In this document: one piece after another, positions 9,873-19,162 of the stretch
Layout of the letters: each line of letters starts with the position of its first letter
How positions within the stretch are numbered: position 1 is the first letter of the stretch
Made by a program: the position numbers and the translations under genes
Origin: an uncultured Desulfosarcina sp.
GTDB lineage: Bacteria > Desulfobacterota > Desulfobacteria > Desulfobacterales > Desulfosarcinaceae
Direction of reading: 5' to 3'
Length of the DNA: 64,000 bases
NCBI GenBank assembly: GCA_963674945.2
Contig: CAXXWQ010000002.1
Span: 160,001 to 224,000, forward strand
The notes under the pieces: generated by a model
Told to the model about the DNA's origin: nothing
What the model saw: only the letters and a program-made list of their open reading frames with translations
Databases searched by the model: none

Positions 9873-12851
9873 TTAAATGGCATCGATGGTAAGTGGTCGA
9901 TCCGCCATTTTTTCGTTGGCTTGTTCCAGGCGATCGCGGCTGGAAATGACGACAATGGCCTTTTGGGTTCCCTCGTCAGTGAAATAGCGGCTTGCCGCAT
10001 TCACTACGTTTTCTCGCGTCAGTTTCAGAAGTTTTTCCTTGTGAAGCTTTCGCATCTCATCGGTGAGTCCGATGATTTCCCGATAAAAGGACTTGCGGGC
10101 GGCAACGCCCGGAGGATCGGGTTTGTCGATTTCAGAGCATACCTGCAATACGGCTTCTTTCACATCCTCTTCGGAAAAATCACCCGATCGAATGAAATCG
10201 ACGGCACCACCATAGGCCTTCAAGGTATCAAGGATATGGGGGTCACGGTAGGAGCAAAAACTGAACAGACCGTCTTCGGCGTTGTACAGGGCAAAGCCGC
10301 CATAAGCTCCCCCTTTTTCGCGGATCTCACGGTGGAGATACATGGAGCGCAGGATCTTTGCGATGATGGAAAGGGCCGAACTGTCGGCATGTCCCAGTCG
10401 AACGGTGGGGAATGTCTGGGCCACGAAGGAGACGGCCGTGGAAGTGCTCCATCCCTCCTTCGGCAGGGCCGTTTCCACTCTCAACCGGGGCGGGACGAAA
10501 CCATTCGCCCTCTTTGCCGGAAGGCCTTGGGTTAGCGTATGGACTGGTTTTTGAGCGTCCTGTATCATCTTCTCATCGCCGATCATCGCCAGTTTGAGGT
10601 TATTCCGGCAAAACAGCAATTCCCGGATGGCGGCAAGGTCTGCGGTGAACCGCGCCATGCCTTCTTCATCCGCAGTCTGGGCCTCCACCCGTTTGATGGT
10701 CTTCAATTGTCCCACGCCACCCCAGATCTCCTGGAGATGATTGGATACGGAGAAATTCCGGGATGCCAAGGATATGGCCAGGCGATGGCCGTTGTGGATT
10801 ACGGCCGATTCCAGACTCGCGCGGTATTCCAATATGAGCTGACGAACTCTTCGTTGATCGGCAAAGTCCACCCGGCTCGTCAGTTCATGGAGAATTTCAA
10901 ACATTTTCTCCTGATTGCGGCCAAGGCACTTTCCGGTAAGGGTGACGACGGGAAGGCAAGCGCCGTTATCGTCGAAGCGGGTGCGGGCACTGGCGGACAG
11001 ACCGACGCCTCCGGTGTACAGGTCCAGGCGCCGGGCTATTTGCGTGTAGTCACAGTCCGCCGTACCTACTTTGGTCACGGCGTAGCAGAAAAAGGGGACG
11101 AGGGGAATTTGGGCGGCGTCGATGTTGCCGGCGCCCAATCCGCTGGAGAAGTAGAAGATGCCGGATGTGGGCTGTTCATACTCTCGCAAGGTGCCGGCAG
11201 CATCTTTCCTGGATGGCGCGATGCGGGTCACGTCGGGCAAAATGTCCCTTCGCTGCAATGTGGGAAGACAGGTCAGGTCTTCCTGGGTCTCCTGAAGCGT
11301 TTTCAGGGCTTTTGCATCATCCCGTATGGCGGCCAAATCAGTCTCGTCCATGGTAGCCATGAGATCGGCGAGTTCCTCGGCCACGCGGGCCTCTTCTTTC
11401 CGGGCCATCTGTTGATCCGGAGCGAGGATAAAGCGGACCCGATGTGGATTGTCCAGAAAAAGGGTCCGGATCTGATCTTCCAGGAATTTTCCTTTGGCCA
11501 GTTTTTCACGGAGTCGTTTGAAGTCGGCGTCCATCTGGAGGATCCGCTCCGGATCGCCGCCGTGCAGCCAGGACGCCGCCACACCGACCAAGAGCTTGAT
11601 GCCGTAAGGATATGGCGTGTTGGTGATCTCCTTCCGATGAAATTCGATCTGATGGATGGCCGATTCGACCAACTGCGGGTCGATGCCGTCGTCGACGAGA
11701 GATTGGATTACCGCAAAGACGATCTGCTCTATTTTTTCGGCATCGGATTCGGTCACATCCTTTAAGCCTACGGAGAACATGGTATCCCGGTTTTCCGCAT
11801 CGAAGCCGGTACCGTCGGAAAGGGCCGTTCCCAGCTGGCTGTCCATGAGTGCTTTTCGAAGGGGGGAAGCGGCATTGCCGATGAGGACCTGCTCGATCAC
11901 GGCGGTGACCAATACCTGGAACGTATCCTTGATGTCTCCCATGAGCCACGCGACGCAGGCCTGAAACTTCTTCTCGGGATCTTCATCCGGGGCCAGGGGA
12001 TAACTGTACGTAACGGTTTTGGGTGCCGACCATCTGGGCTGGGCGGGGACCGTCGTTCTCGGATCGATGCGCGAGAATTGGTCCAATACCCGTTTTTCGA
12101 TGAATTCCAGGTGATCCGTCAGGGGCAGGTTCCCGTAAGTATAGAAAAAGGCGTTGCTCGGGTGGTAGTGGTGGGCATGAAAGGCCTTGAGCTGTTCGTA
12201 GGAAAGGCTCGGGATGACGGATGGATCGCCTCCGGAGTTGTAGTGATAGGTCGTATCCGGGTACAGGGCGCTCAGCATGGACCGCACCATTACCTGGTCG
12301 GGTGACGACATGGCACCTTTCATTTCGTTATACACGACTCCCTTGTAGACGAGCCGGGCATCTTCACCGTCTCCCTCCACATCCAGCCGGTGTCCCTCCT
12401 GCTTGAAACTCAGCTGTTCGATGCGGGGGAAAAAGGCCGCATCCAGGTAGACGTCCATCAGGTTGTAGTAATCTTTTTTATTCTGGGTGGAGAAGGGGTA
12501 CATGGTCCAATCCGATGCGGTGAAGGCGTTCATGAAGGTCGACAGGCTTCGTTTGAGCATGGAGAAGAAGGGATCCCGTACGGGAAATCGCCGGGAGCCG
12601 CAAAGGACCGTATGCTCCAGAATGTGGGCCACACCGGTGGCGTCCGACGGCACGGTTTTAAAGGCAACGCCAAAGGTATTCTCCTTGTCCTGGTTGCCGA
12701 TGTGCAGATGTCGGGCGCCCGTGTTCGCATGAACCAATTGGTAGAGCCAGGCTGCGATGTCCGTGAGATAGGATGCCTTCGTAACGGTGTAGCCGCCGAT
12801 CCGGCTTCCTGTCTTGATATTTGGGTTGGCTGTGTCGGTTTTCGTCATCAT
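9873..12851 (-). CDS. Peptidase M16C (presequence protease PreP / insulinase family)
   Basis: Inverted zincin motif HILEH, GSRRFPVRDPFF, FMNAFT, GVVYNEMKG and IREKGGAYGG. Start approximated at MMTKT. Confidence 0.95.
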   Translation of the reverse strand: MMTKTDTANPNIKTGSRIGGYTVTKASYLTDIAAWLYQLVHANTGARHLHIGNQDKENTFGVAFKTVPSDATGVAHILEHTVLCGSRRFPVRDPFFSMLKRSLSTFMNAFTASDWTMYPFSTQNKKDYYNLMDVYLDAAFFPRIEQLSFKQEGHRLDVEGDGEDARLVYKGVVYNEMKGAMSSPDQVMVRSMLSALYPDTTYHYNSGGDPSVIPSLSYEQLKAFHAHHYHPSNAFFYTYGNLPLTDHLEFIEKRVLDQFSRIDPRTTVPAQPRWSAPKTVTYSYPLAPDEDPEKKFQACVAWLMGDIKDTFQVLVTAVIEQVLIGNAASPLRKALMDSQLGTALSDGTGFDAENRDTMFSVGLKDVTESDAEKIEQIVFAVIQSLVDDGIDPQLVESAIHQIEFHRKEITNTPYPYGIKLLVGVAASWLHGGDPERILQMDADFKRLREKLAKGKFLEDQIRTLFLDNPHRVRFILAPDQQMARKEEARVAEELADLMATMDETDLAAIRDDAKALKTLQETQEDLTCLPTLQRRDILPDVTRIAPSRKDAAGTLREYEQPTSGIFYFSSGLGAGNIDAAQIPLVPFFCYAVTKVGTADCDYTQIARRLDLYTGGVGLSASARTRFDDNGACLPVVTLTGKCLGRNQEKMFEILHELTSRVDFADQRRVRQLILEYRASLESAVIHNGHRLAISLASRNFSVSNHLQEIWGGVGQLKTIKRVEAQTADEEGMARFTADLAAIRELLFCRNNLKLAMIGDEKMIQDAQKPVHTLTQGLPAKRANGFVPPRLRVETALPKEGWSTSTAVSFVAQTFPTVRLGHADSSALSIIAKILRSMYLHREIREKGGAYGGFALYNAEDGLFSFCSYRDPHILDTLKAYGGAVDFIRSGDFSEEDVKEAVLQVCSEIDKPDPPGVAARKSFYREIIGLTDEMRKLHKEKLLKLTRENVVNAASRYFTDEGTQKAIVVISSRDRLEQANEKMADRPLTIDAI

Positions 12852-12906
12852 AAGGAACTCCAGGGCCGCACATCGGCTTTGCATGTGATGGGTGGGGAAA
12901 GAGAGG

Positions 12907-13266
12907 TTACTTGGCCTTGTAGTGCCCACGCCTGAATCGCGTGATCTTATCCATCTTGTTGAGACGAAAGAGGATATTGCGCACTTTCTTGTCTTCGTAA
13001 CCGGTTCGCTCCAGGATGTCTGCGATGCTTACGCCGTCGTGGCTTTTTTTGATGAGGTCTAAAACGGCTTGTGTCGCACTTTTCGGAGATGTTCCATCGG
13101 TCTTTCCCTTTGGCCGGGAATTTCGTGTGGGCAAGGCGGTGATGAGGCTTTCCAGACGGTCCAGCCGCTTGTTGATCTGTTCGACATCCCGTTTTGTGGG
13201 GATCTTGTAAGTGTGAAGGAAAAATTTGATCATCGAGTCGAAGCTGACCTGTTTTCTTCTTGCCAC
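12907..13266 (-). CDS. Hypothetical protein with a phasin-like coiled coil and a C-terminal winged-helix-like domain
   Basis: GTG start with GGAGG RBS; IPTKRDVEQINKRLDRLE segment; VLDLIKKS..GVSIADILERTG..KKVRNILFRL...GHY follows a wHTH pattern. Confidence 0.7.
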   Translation of the reverse strand: MARRKQVSFDSMIKFFLHTYKIPTKRDVEQINKRLDRLESLITALPTRNSRPKGKTDGTSPKSATQAVLDLIKKSHDGVSIADILERTGYEDKKVRNILFRLNKMDKITRFRRGHYKAK

Positions 13267-13340
13267 GTTGCCTCCCTAGGAAGAAAAGACCATTTGAATT
13301 TTATGTAAAATATAAAATAAGTTATGTAAAGTCAATCGCG

Positions 13341-14531
13341 TCATTCTGTTCGCTCCGTTCGGGACGAATTCCGACCGAGAAGCGCCATGGCCGTCTGGCA
13401 GTAAAGTTCCACGCCGGTCGTCAGGATCGTTTCATCGAAGTCGAATCGTGGGTTGTGGATGGCACCGAAGGATGCGTTGCCGGCCCCCAGGCAAAAGAAG
13501 CAGCCCTTTGTCTTTTCAAGGAAAAAGGCCATGTCTTCTCCACCTAAGGATCTTTCCGGATTCAGGATCCGATCGGTGCCTACCACGTCTGTGGCGATGC
13601 GCCTCATCAACTCGGCCATATCTTCATCGTTTACCAGCGGCGGATAACCATCTTCGAATCGGATTTCATATCCGGCTCCCATGGAATCGCAGACTCCTTT
13701 TACCACCGTTTCGATGATGGTTGGCCAGTTCTGCCAGGTGGTCTTCTCGAAGGTCCTGGCGGTTCCCCACAACCTGGCCCGCTCCGGGATGACATTAAAC
13801 GCCGTGCCCGCTTCAAAACGGCCGATGGTAATCGCCGTGGGGGAAAAGGGGTTCATCTTCCGGCTGACGATTCGCTGCAACGCGCCGACCACCTGACATC
13901 CGGTCTCCAGGGCATCCACGCAAAGGTGGGGCATGGCGCCGTGGCCGCCCTTTCCCGTGATGGTAATGTCGAAACTGAACATGGCCGCCATCAGGGCGCC
14001 TGCCCGGATACCGATCGTTCCCTCGGGGATGTCGGGCCAGATGTGACAACCCAATGCATAGTCCACCGGTGGATCTTCCAGCACGCCGGCCCGGATCATG
14101 GGAGCGGCTCCCCCCGGTCCCTCTTCTGCCGGTTGAAACACGAATTTGATGGTGCCGCATATCTCATTTTTTACCTGGGCCATGATCATGGCGGCGGCCA
14201 GGGCCATTGCCATGTGACCGTCGTGGCCGCAGGAGTGCATTGCGCCGGGATGTTCGGAACAAAAGGAAAGACCAGTTTTTTCCGTGATGGGCAAGGCATC
14301 CATGTCTGCGCGAATGAGCAGCGTGGGGCCGGGGCGACCGGTGGAGAGAATTCCCATCACTCCCGTGCCGGCAATGCCCGTAATCACATCCATTTTTGTT
14401 TCTCGCAATTGGTCTGCTACGTATACGCTTGTTTTTTCTTCCTTGAAGGCCAGTTCCGGGATGCGATGGAGATCCCGGCGGATGGCCACGAGTTGTTTTT
14501 CGAAGCGGCGGACAAGCTGTCGTACATTCAT
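13341..14531 (-). CDS. M20D amidohydrolase (hippurate hydrolase / N-acyl-amino acid hydrolase family)
   Basis: RRDLHRIPEL, RADMDALP, MHSCGHDGH, FQPAEEG, GGHGAMPH and GGEDMAFF. Start at MNVRQL. Confidence 0.93.
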   Translation of the reverse strand: MNVRQLVRRFEKQLVAIRRDLHRIPELAFKEEKTSVYVADQLRETKMDVITGIAGTGVMGILSTGRPGPTLLIRADMDALPITEKTGLSFCSEHPGAMHSCGHDGHMAMALAAAMIMAQVKNEICGTIKFVFQPAEEGPGGAAPMIRAGVLEDPPVDYALGCHIWPDIPEGTIGIRAGALMAAMFSFDITITGKGGHGAMPHLCVDALETGCQVVGALQRIVSRKMNPFSPTAITIGRFEAGTAFNVIPERARLWGTARTFEKTTWQNWPTIIETVVKGVCDSMGAGYEIRFEDGYPPLVNDEDMAELMRRIATDVVGTDRILNPERSLGGEDMAFFLEKTKGCFFCLGAGNASFGAIHNPRFDFDETILTTGVELYCQTAMALLGRNSSRTERTE

Positions 14532-14565
14532 GGTTGTATTTCCAAAGGATTTCCTGGAGTATATT

Positions 14566-15858
14566 CTATAAGAATATTTTGCAGGCCAGGACGGCGAAGA
14601 GAATGCCTGCCGCATCGGCGGTCAGGGCAGCGGCCATGGCGTGACGAATGCGCTTGACCTGGACGGCACCGAAATAGACGGCCATTACGTAAAACGTGGT
14701 CTCCGTCGACCCCTGCAAGGTGGAAACCAGTACGCCCGTGTAGCTGTCCGGTCCGATGACAGGATCGTTGATGATCGACGCCAGGATCCCGTAGGCACCG
14801 GAACCGCTCAATGGGCGCATCAGGGCCATGGGCAGGGCTTCGGCGGGAAGGCCGAACCGTGATGTGACGGGAGAAAGGGCGTTCACGAGAAGATCCAGTG
14901 CGCCACTCGCACGGAGCATGCCTACGGCAACCAAAATGGCCACTAAGTAGGGGATAATGCGAAGGGCCACTTGAAATCCCTCTTTGGCCCCGTCCACGAA
15001 TACCTCGTACACCCTCACCCTGCGAAGGGCTCCGAACAGGAGAAAGCCGGCCATCAATGCCGGGAGAATCCATGGCGAGATGGTTTTACCATACAGGACG
15101 GCAATGGGAATCAGGGATACCAGCGCCACGAGCGCCGACAGGCTCACCCATAGCGGGTAGGCTGTTTGGGCCCCTTCCAGTCCCACGGTTTCAGAATCAT
15201 CGCGTTTGCCCGTTTTCGCCACCTCTCTTTTCTGTCCCGTTCCCGTTTCCACGGGAGAGAAATGCCGGTAGAGTTTGGCGGCGATGATGGCCACGGTGGT
15301 GGAGCCGATGGTGGCAGCCAGGGTGGTGGGCAGGATCATCGCCGGATCGGCGCTTCCCGCCGATGCCCGAAGGGCGATGACGCCGGTGGGCAACAGTGTC
15401 ACGCTGGATGTGTTAATGGCCAGAAACAGGGCCATGGCATCGGTGGCCGTTCCCGGCTCCGGGTTGATTTGTTCCAGCTCCTGCATGGCACGGATACCGA
15501 AGGGAGTGGCCGCATTGCCCAACCCAAGGGCGTTGGCGGAAAGATTGAGGATCATGGCACCCATGGCCGGATGGTCCGCCGGCACCTGGGGAAAGAGTCG
15601 CACCATCATGGGACGGATGAGGCGGGCCAGGATGGTGAGCATGCCGCCGGATTCGGCCACCTTCATCAGACCCAAAAACAGGGTCATGACGCCGACCAGA
15701 CCGATGGCCAGATCAACGGCGCCCGCGGCCGAATCCACCAATGCGGTGGACAACGCCGCCATGGGGGTGGGCTGATCCGCCATGGGGACGAAGGTGAGCT
15801 GTCTGAAGCCGGCGAAGCAAAAGGCGGCGAGGATGATTGCCAAAAAGATACGATTCAT
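14566..15858 (-). CDS. Fused SpmA/SpmB (nucleoside-recognition gate domain) membrane protein
   Basis: NLSANALGLGNAATPFGIRAM (SpmA) and RPLSGSGA...GSTETTFYVMAVYFG (SpmB). Confidence 0.9.
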   Translation of the reverse strand: MNRIFLAIILAAFCFAGFRQLTFVPMADQPTPMAALSTALVDSAAGAVDLAIGLVGVMTLFLGLMKVAESGGMLTILARLIRPMMVRLFPQVPADHPAMGAMILNLSANALGLGNAATPFGIRAMQELEQINPEPGTATDAMALFLAINTSSVTLLPTGVIALRASAGSADPAMILPTTLAATIGSTTVAIIAAKLYRHFSPVETGTGQKREVAKTGKRDDSETVGLEGAQTAYPLWVSLSALVALVSLIPIAVLYGKTISPWILPALMAGFLLFGALRRVRVYEVFVDGAKEGFQVALRIIPYLVAILVAVGMLRASGALDLLVNALSPVTSRFGLPAEALPMALMRPLSGSGAYGILASIINDPVIGPDSYTGVLVSTLQGSTETTFYVMAVYFGAVQVKRIRHAMAAALTADAAGILFAVLACKIFL

Positions 15859-18020
15859 GCCGTCGCACCCGCCCCAAGGGTATCCATCGGCTTGAGGAGA
15901 ATGCGGGCATCCACGATGGTAATGCCCTTTTCGTGAACGATGACCGGATTGAGATCCATCTCCTGGATTTCGGGGTAGGCCTCGATGATTTCCGAACAGC
16001 TCAGCAAGAGGTTCACCAGGGCCTTTTTATCGTATGGAGGACCGCCGCGAACACCGTCCAGAATGGGATACGACTTGGTATCTTCGATCATGCGCTGGGC
16101 CGAACGCCGGGAGACGGGAAGGACGCGGAAGGCCACATCCTTTAAAATTTCCACCAATATGCCACCCAATCCGTACATGATGACCGGTCCGAACTGGTCG
16201 TCGATCTTGGTACCGATGATCACCTCCACGCCCGACGTCGCCATGGGGGAGACCAATACGCCCTCGATGCGGGCATCGGGTTTGTAGGCCTTGGCATTTT
16301 TGACGATGTCCCGAAAGGCTTTTTTCACCTTGTCCTTGGCACCGAGGTTCAGCACGACACCTTTTGCATCGCTCTTGTGAAGAATGTCGGGCGAGGCGAT
16401 CTTCAGGGCAACTTTCCCTTTCCTGCGGGCGGCGATTTCGGCGGCCTCTTCGGGGGTTTGGGCCAATTCATCAATCGTCACCGGGACATCATGCAGCGCC
16501 AACAGCTGCTTGGCTTCGATCTCCAGCAGGGCGGTTCTTCCACCGGCCATGACCTGGTCGATGATCTTTTTGCCTTCGGGCTTGGCCTTGGCGCCGTAAT
16601 TGATAACGAAGTTGGTTTTGGCGTGGTAGCTTTTCAGATATCGACCATACTGGGCCAGGACGCCCATGCATTTGCACGCCACATCCAGGCTGCCGTAAAC
16701 GGGAACGCCGTAGTAACGCAGAAGGTTCAGGCTGTGTGGCTTTTCCGAATTGTAGAGGCTGTGGACCACGATCGCCTTTTTCCGCTTGCCGACCATTTTT
16801 CCCATCTGGTGGGCGGCGTCCTCTTCCTTCATGGTCAGACTTTCGGCGAAACGAATGCCATATCCGCCGAAGAGGCCCACGATCAGCAGTCCTCCCACAT
16901 TGGGGTCAGAAAGGATGATCCGGGTGCAGTCGGCGAAGATCACTGGATTGTCGTCGGTGCCGCCGGCGACGTCGATGGGATTTCTCACCGCGGCGCCTTT
17001 GGGAAGGATGGTGCGCAGCTTTTTTTGGGTAGCCTCTTCCAGTTCGGGAATGAGGACACCCAGATCGGTCAATTTGTCCGCGGCGATGGTGGCGTGCCCC
17101 CCACCGTCCGCCAGGATGGCGATCTTGTTGTTTCGGATGGGAGGGAGGCTGGAGAGCGTCTCGGCGGCCGGAAAAAGCTCATCGGAATTTTCGATGACGA
17201 TGATACCGGCCCGCTGAAAAGCGCCCTTGGCCACCCGCGACATGCCGGCCAAGGCGCCGGTGTGGGATCCGGCGGACTGCTTCCCCTTTGTGGAACGCCC
17301 CCCTTTGAGCAGGATGATGGGCTTTTTTTCGGTGGTTTTATAGGCCTGCTGCAAGAATTTCCGTCCCTCTCGCATGCCTTCCACGTACATGAGGATCGCC
17401 CGGGTTTCGGGATCATCGGAGAAAAATTCAAGGTACTCGTGAAACCGGATATCCGCCTCGTTCCCGACTCCCACGTAATAGCTGAATCCTTTTTGACTGG
17501 TCAGCTTGGCCTCGGTAATCAGGGTCAGTGCCATATTGCCGCTCTGGGTCAAAAGGGCGATGTCCCCCCTGGGAGAATCTTTCAGACCCACCAGGTTCAG
17601 ATTGGTCTTGAGGTTGATCATGCCGGAGGTGTTGGGGCCCACCAGTCGGATATGGTGGCGGGAAGCCACTTCCAAGACCTCACGCTCCAGCACCTTTCCC
17701 TCTGCCCCGATTTCTCCGAATCCTGTGGCCAGGATCACGGCCCCCTTGATGCCTTTTTGGCCACAGGTATCCAGGACGGCGGGGATGGTGCGGGCCGGGG
17801 TGGCGATCAGGGCGACATCCACGTCACCGGGGATCTTACCGACATCCGGATAACAGGGCAGCCCCAATATCATCTCCTCTTTGGGGTTGACCGGATAGAT
17901 GGCCCCTTCGTATCCTTCGTCGCGAAGGGTTCGAATGGTCTGATATCCGCGTTTGGTGGGAATTTTCGATGCGCCGATGACGGCGATGGATTTTGCGTTG
18001 AGGACATGCTCCAGGCCCAT
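15855..18020 (-). CDS. ADP-forming acetate/acyl-CoA ligase (fused alpha-beta)
   Basis: SIAVIGAS, VGPNTSG, TQSGN, GNEADI, phospho-His SHTGALAG and ATP-grasp HKSDAKGV. ATG at 18020 with AAGGAG RBS; the upstream ORF extension is repeat-derived. Confidence 0.93.
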   Translation of the reverse strand: MGLEHVLNAKSIAVIGASKIPTKRGYQTIRTLRDEGYEGAIYPVNPKEEMILGLPCYPDVGKIPGDVDVALIATPARTIPAVLDTCGQKGIKGAVILATGFGEIGAEGKVLEREVLEVASRHHIRLVGPNTSGMINLKTNLNLVGLKDSPRGDIALLTQSGNMALTLITEAKLTSQKGFSYYVGVGNEADIRFHEYLEFFSDDPETRAILMYVEGMREGRKFLQQAYKTTEKKPIILLKGGRSTKGKQSAGSHTGALAGMSRVAKGAFQRAGIIVIENSDELFPAAETLSSLPPIRNNKIAILADGGGHATIAADKLTDLGVLIPELEEATQKKLRTILPKGAAVRNPIDVAGGTDDNPVIFADCTRIILSDPNVGGLLIVGLFGGYGIRFAESLTMKEEDAAHQMGKMVGKRKKAIVVHSLYNSEKPHSLNLLRYYGVPVYGSLDVACKCMGVLAQYGRYLKSYHAKTNFVINYGAKAKPEGKKIIDQVMAGGRTALLEIEAKQLLALHDVPVTIDELAQTPEEAAEIAARRKGKVALKIASPDILHKSDAKGVVLNLGAKDKVKKAFRDIVKNAKAYKPDARIEGVLVSPMATSGVEVIIGTKIDDQFGPVIMYGLGGILVEILKDVAFRVLPVSRRSAQRMIEDTKSYPILDGVRGGPPYDKKALVNLLLSCSEIIEAYPEIQEMDLNPVIVHEKGITIVDARILLKPMDTLGAGATA

Positions 18021-18031
18021 TATTGCTCCTT

Positions 18032-18183
18032 TACGGCTTCGTAAAAAGTCCGATATCGGCGTTACGCTTCGTCCCTCGTCACTGCGACGTATCCAACCAT
18101 ACGCCTCATTCCTCGGGACTCGCAATCCTTGATCTCGAACTTTTTACGAAGCCGTCCGAAATCAGACTTTTTAGGAGTTCTCA
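18032..18183. repeat. Family A element, copy 2
   Basis: Near-identical to 4482..4635; fills the gap between the hydratase stop and the ligase RBS. Confidence 0.93.
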
Positions 18184-18954
18184 CTCCTTGGTTTTCTTCC
18201 GGTCTTCGAAGGCTGCCAGCGATTCCTGCCGCTCCTTGGTGGAGACACAGGCCAGGCATCCTTCCACTTCAAAGTCCATGATGGCCTCCAGGCTGGCTTC
18301 TCCCAGTGCCATGTTCAATCCCTTTTTGATGATCGAAAGGGAAAAAGCCGAATTGGCGACGATTTTGGCTGCCATCTCCATCACCGTGTCCATCAGATCC
18401 GCCAGGGGAACCGCACGGTTGACCAGGCCGATACGCTGGGCCTCCACGCCGTCGATATACTCGCCTGTGAAGAGCAATTCCCGCGCTTTTCCCGGTCCCA
18501 CCAGGTTTTGAACCAACCGGAATGCACCCCCGGTAACCGAGGAGGTGACCTTTGCTTCGGGACTTCCGATCTTGGCTTCCTCTGCGGCGATTCGAATATC
18601 GCAGGCCAGGGCCAGTTCGTATCCGGAGCCGACGGCGTAACCGTTGATGGCGGCAATGGTGGGTTTTTCGAAACGGATGATGGCACGGGAGACTTCCTGT
18701 AGGGAAACCAGATAGTCACGGTACTGCTCGATGGATCTCGTCTTGGACTCCTTCAGATCGGCGCCGGTGGAAAATGCCCGTCCCTCGCCGGTGAACACCA
18801 CCACCTTGACGGTTTCATCTGCGCGGGAATCCTCAAGACAGGCCTGAATGTCCAGCCAAAGGCGCTTGTTCATCGCGTTTAACACCTTGGGCCGATTGAG
18901 CCGGATGACGGCCACGCCTTCTGTTTTGTCGTAATTGACACATTCGAGATCCAT
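18181..18954 (-). CDS. Enoyl-CoA hydratase/isomerase (crotonase) family protein
   Basis: LNRPKVLNAM, FSTGADL and KPTIAAINGYAVGSGYELALACDIRIA. ATG at 18954 with GAGGGAG RBS. Confidence 0.93.
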   Translation of the reverse strand: MDLECVNYDKTEGVAVIRLNRPKVLNAMNKRLWLDIQACLEDSRADETVKVVVFTGEGRAFSTGADLKESKTRSIEQYRDYLVSLQEVSRAIIRFEKPTIAAINGYAVGSGYELALACDIRIAAEEAKIGSPEAKVTSSVTGGAFRLVQNLVGPGKARELLFTGEYIDGVEAQRIGLVNRAVPLADLMDTVMEMAAKIVANSAFSLSIIKKGLNMALGEASLEAIMDFEVEGCLACVSTKERQESLAAFEDRKKTKE

Positions 18955-19077
18955 TGAATTCTCCCTCGTGCAAACGGTGAAACATCGTTGCAGTTGATTC
19001 ACCCCGGGCACTGCCCGTGCGATACGAAGAGGTTCGAACCGGTCCGGTGAGACACTCAATCTGCAAAAACTTTTTTA

Positions 19078-19137
19078 ACATCGAACGTCCGGCGTCGAAT
19101 GCATAGATCGCTTCGCTCCATCGTTTGACAAATGGGA
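19078..19137. repeat. Heptamer-armed repeat, family E, copy 1 (partial)
   Basis: ACATCGA ACGTCCG GCGTCGA ATG...GATCGCTTCGCTCCATCG matches 55153..55215. Confidence 0.65.
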
Positions 19138-19162
19138 TTGCCGGTCAAGAAAAATCGTGTCC

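Noticed and set aside
14566..15858. SpmAB as evidence of sporulation
   Set aside because: The family is widespread in non-sporulating bacteria and no other sporulation gene is present in the window.
16377..18044. Long antisense ORFs (for example 16377..18044, 10539..11765, 28321..29670, 53772..55223, 3386..4582)
   Set aside because: Shadow frames opposite well-supported genes in GC-rich DNA, with no recognisable motifs.
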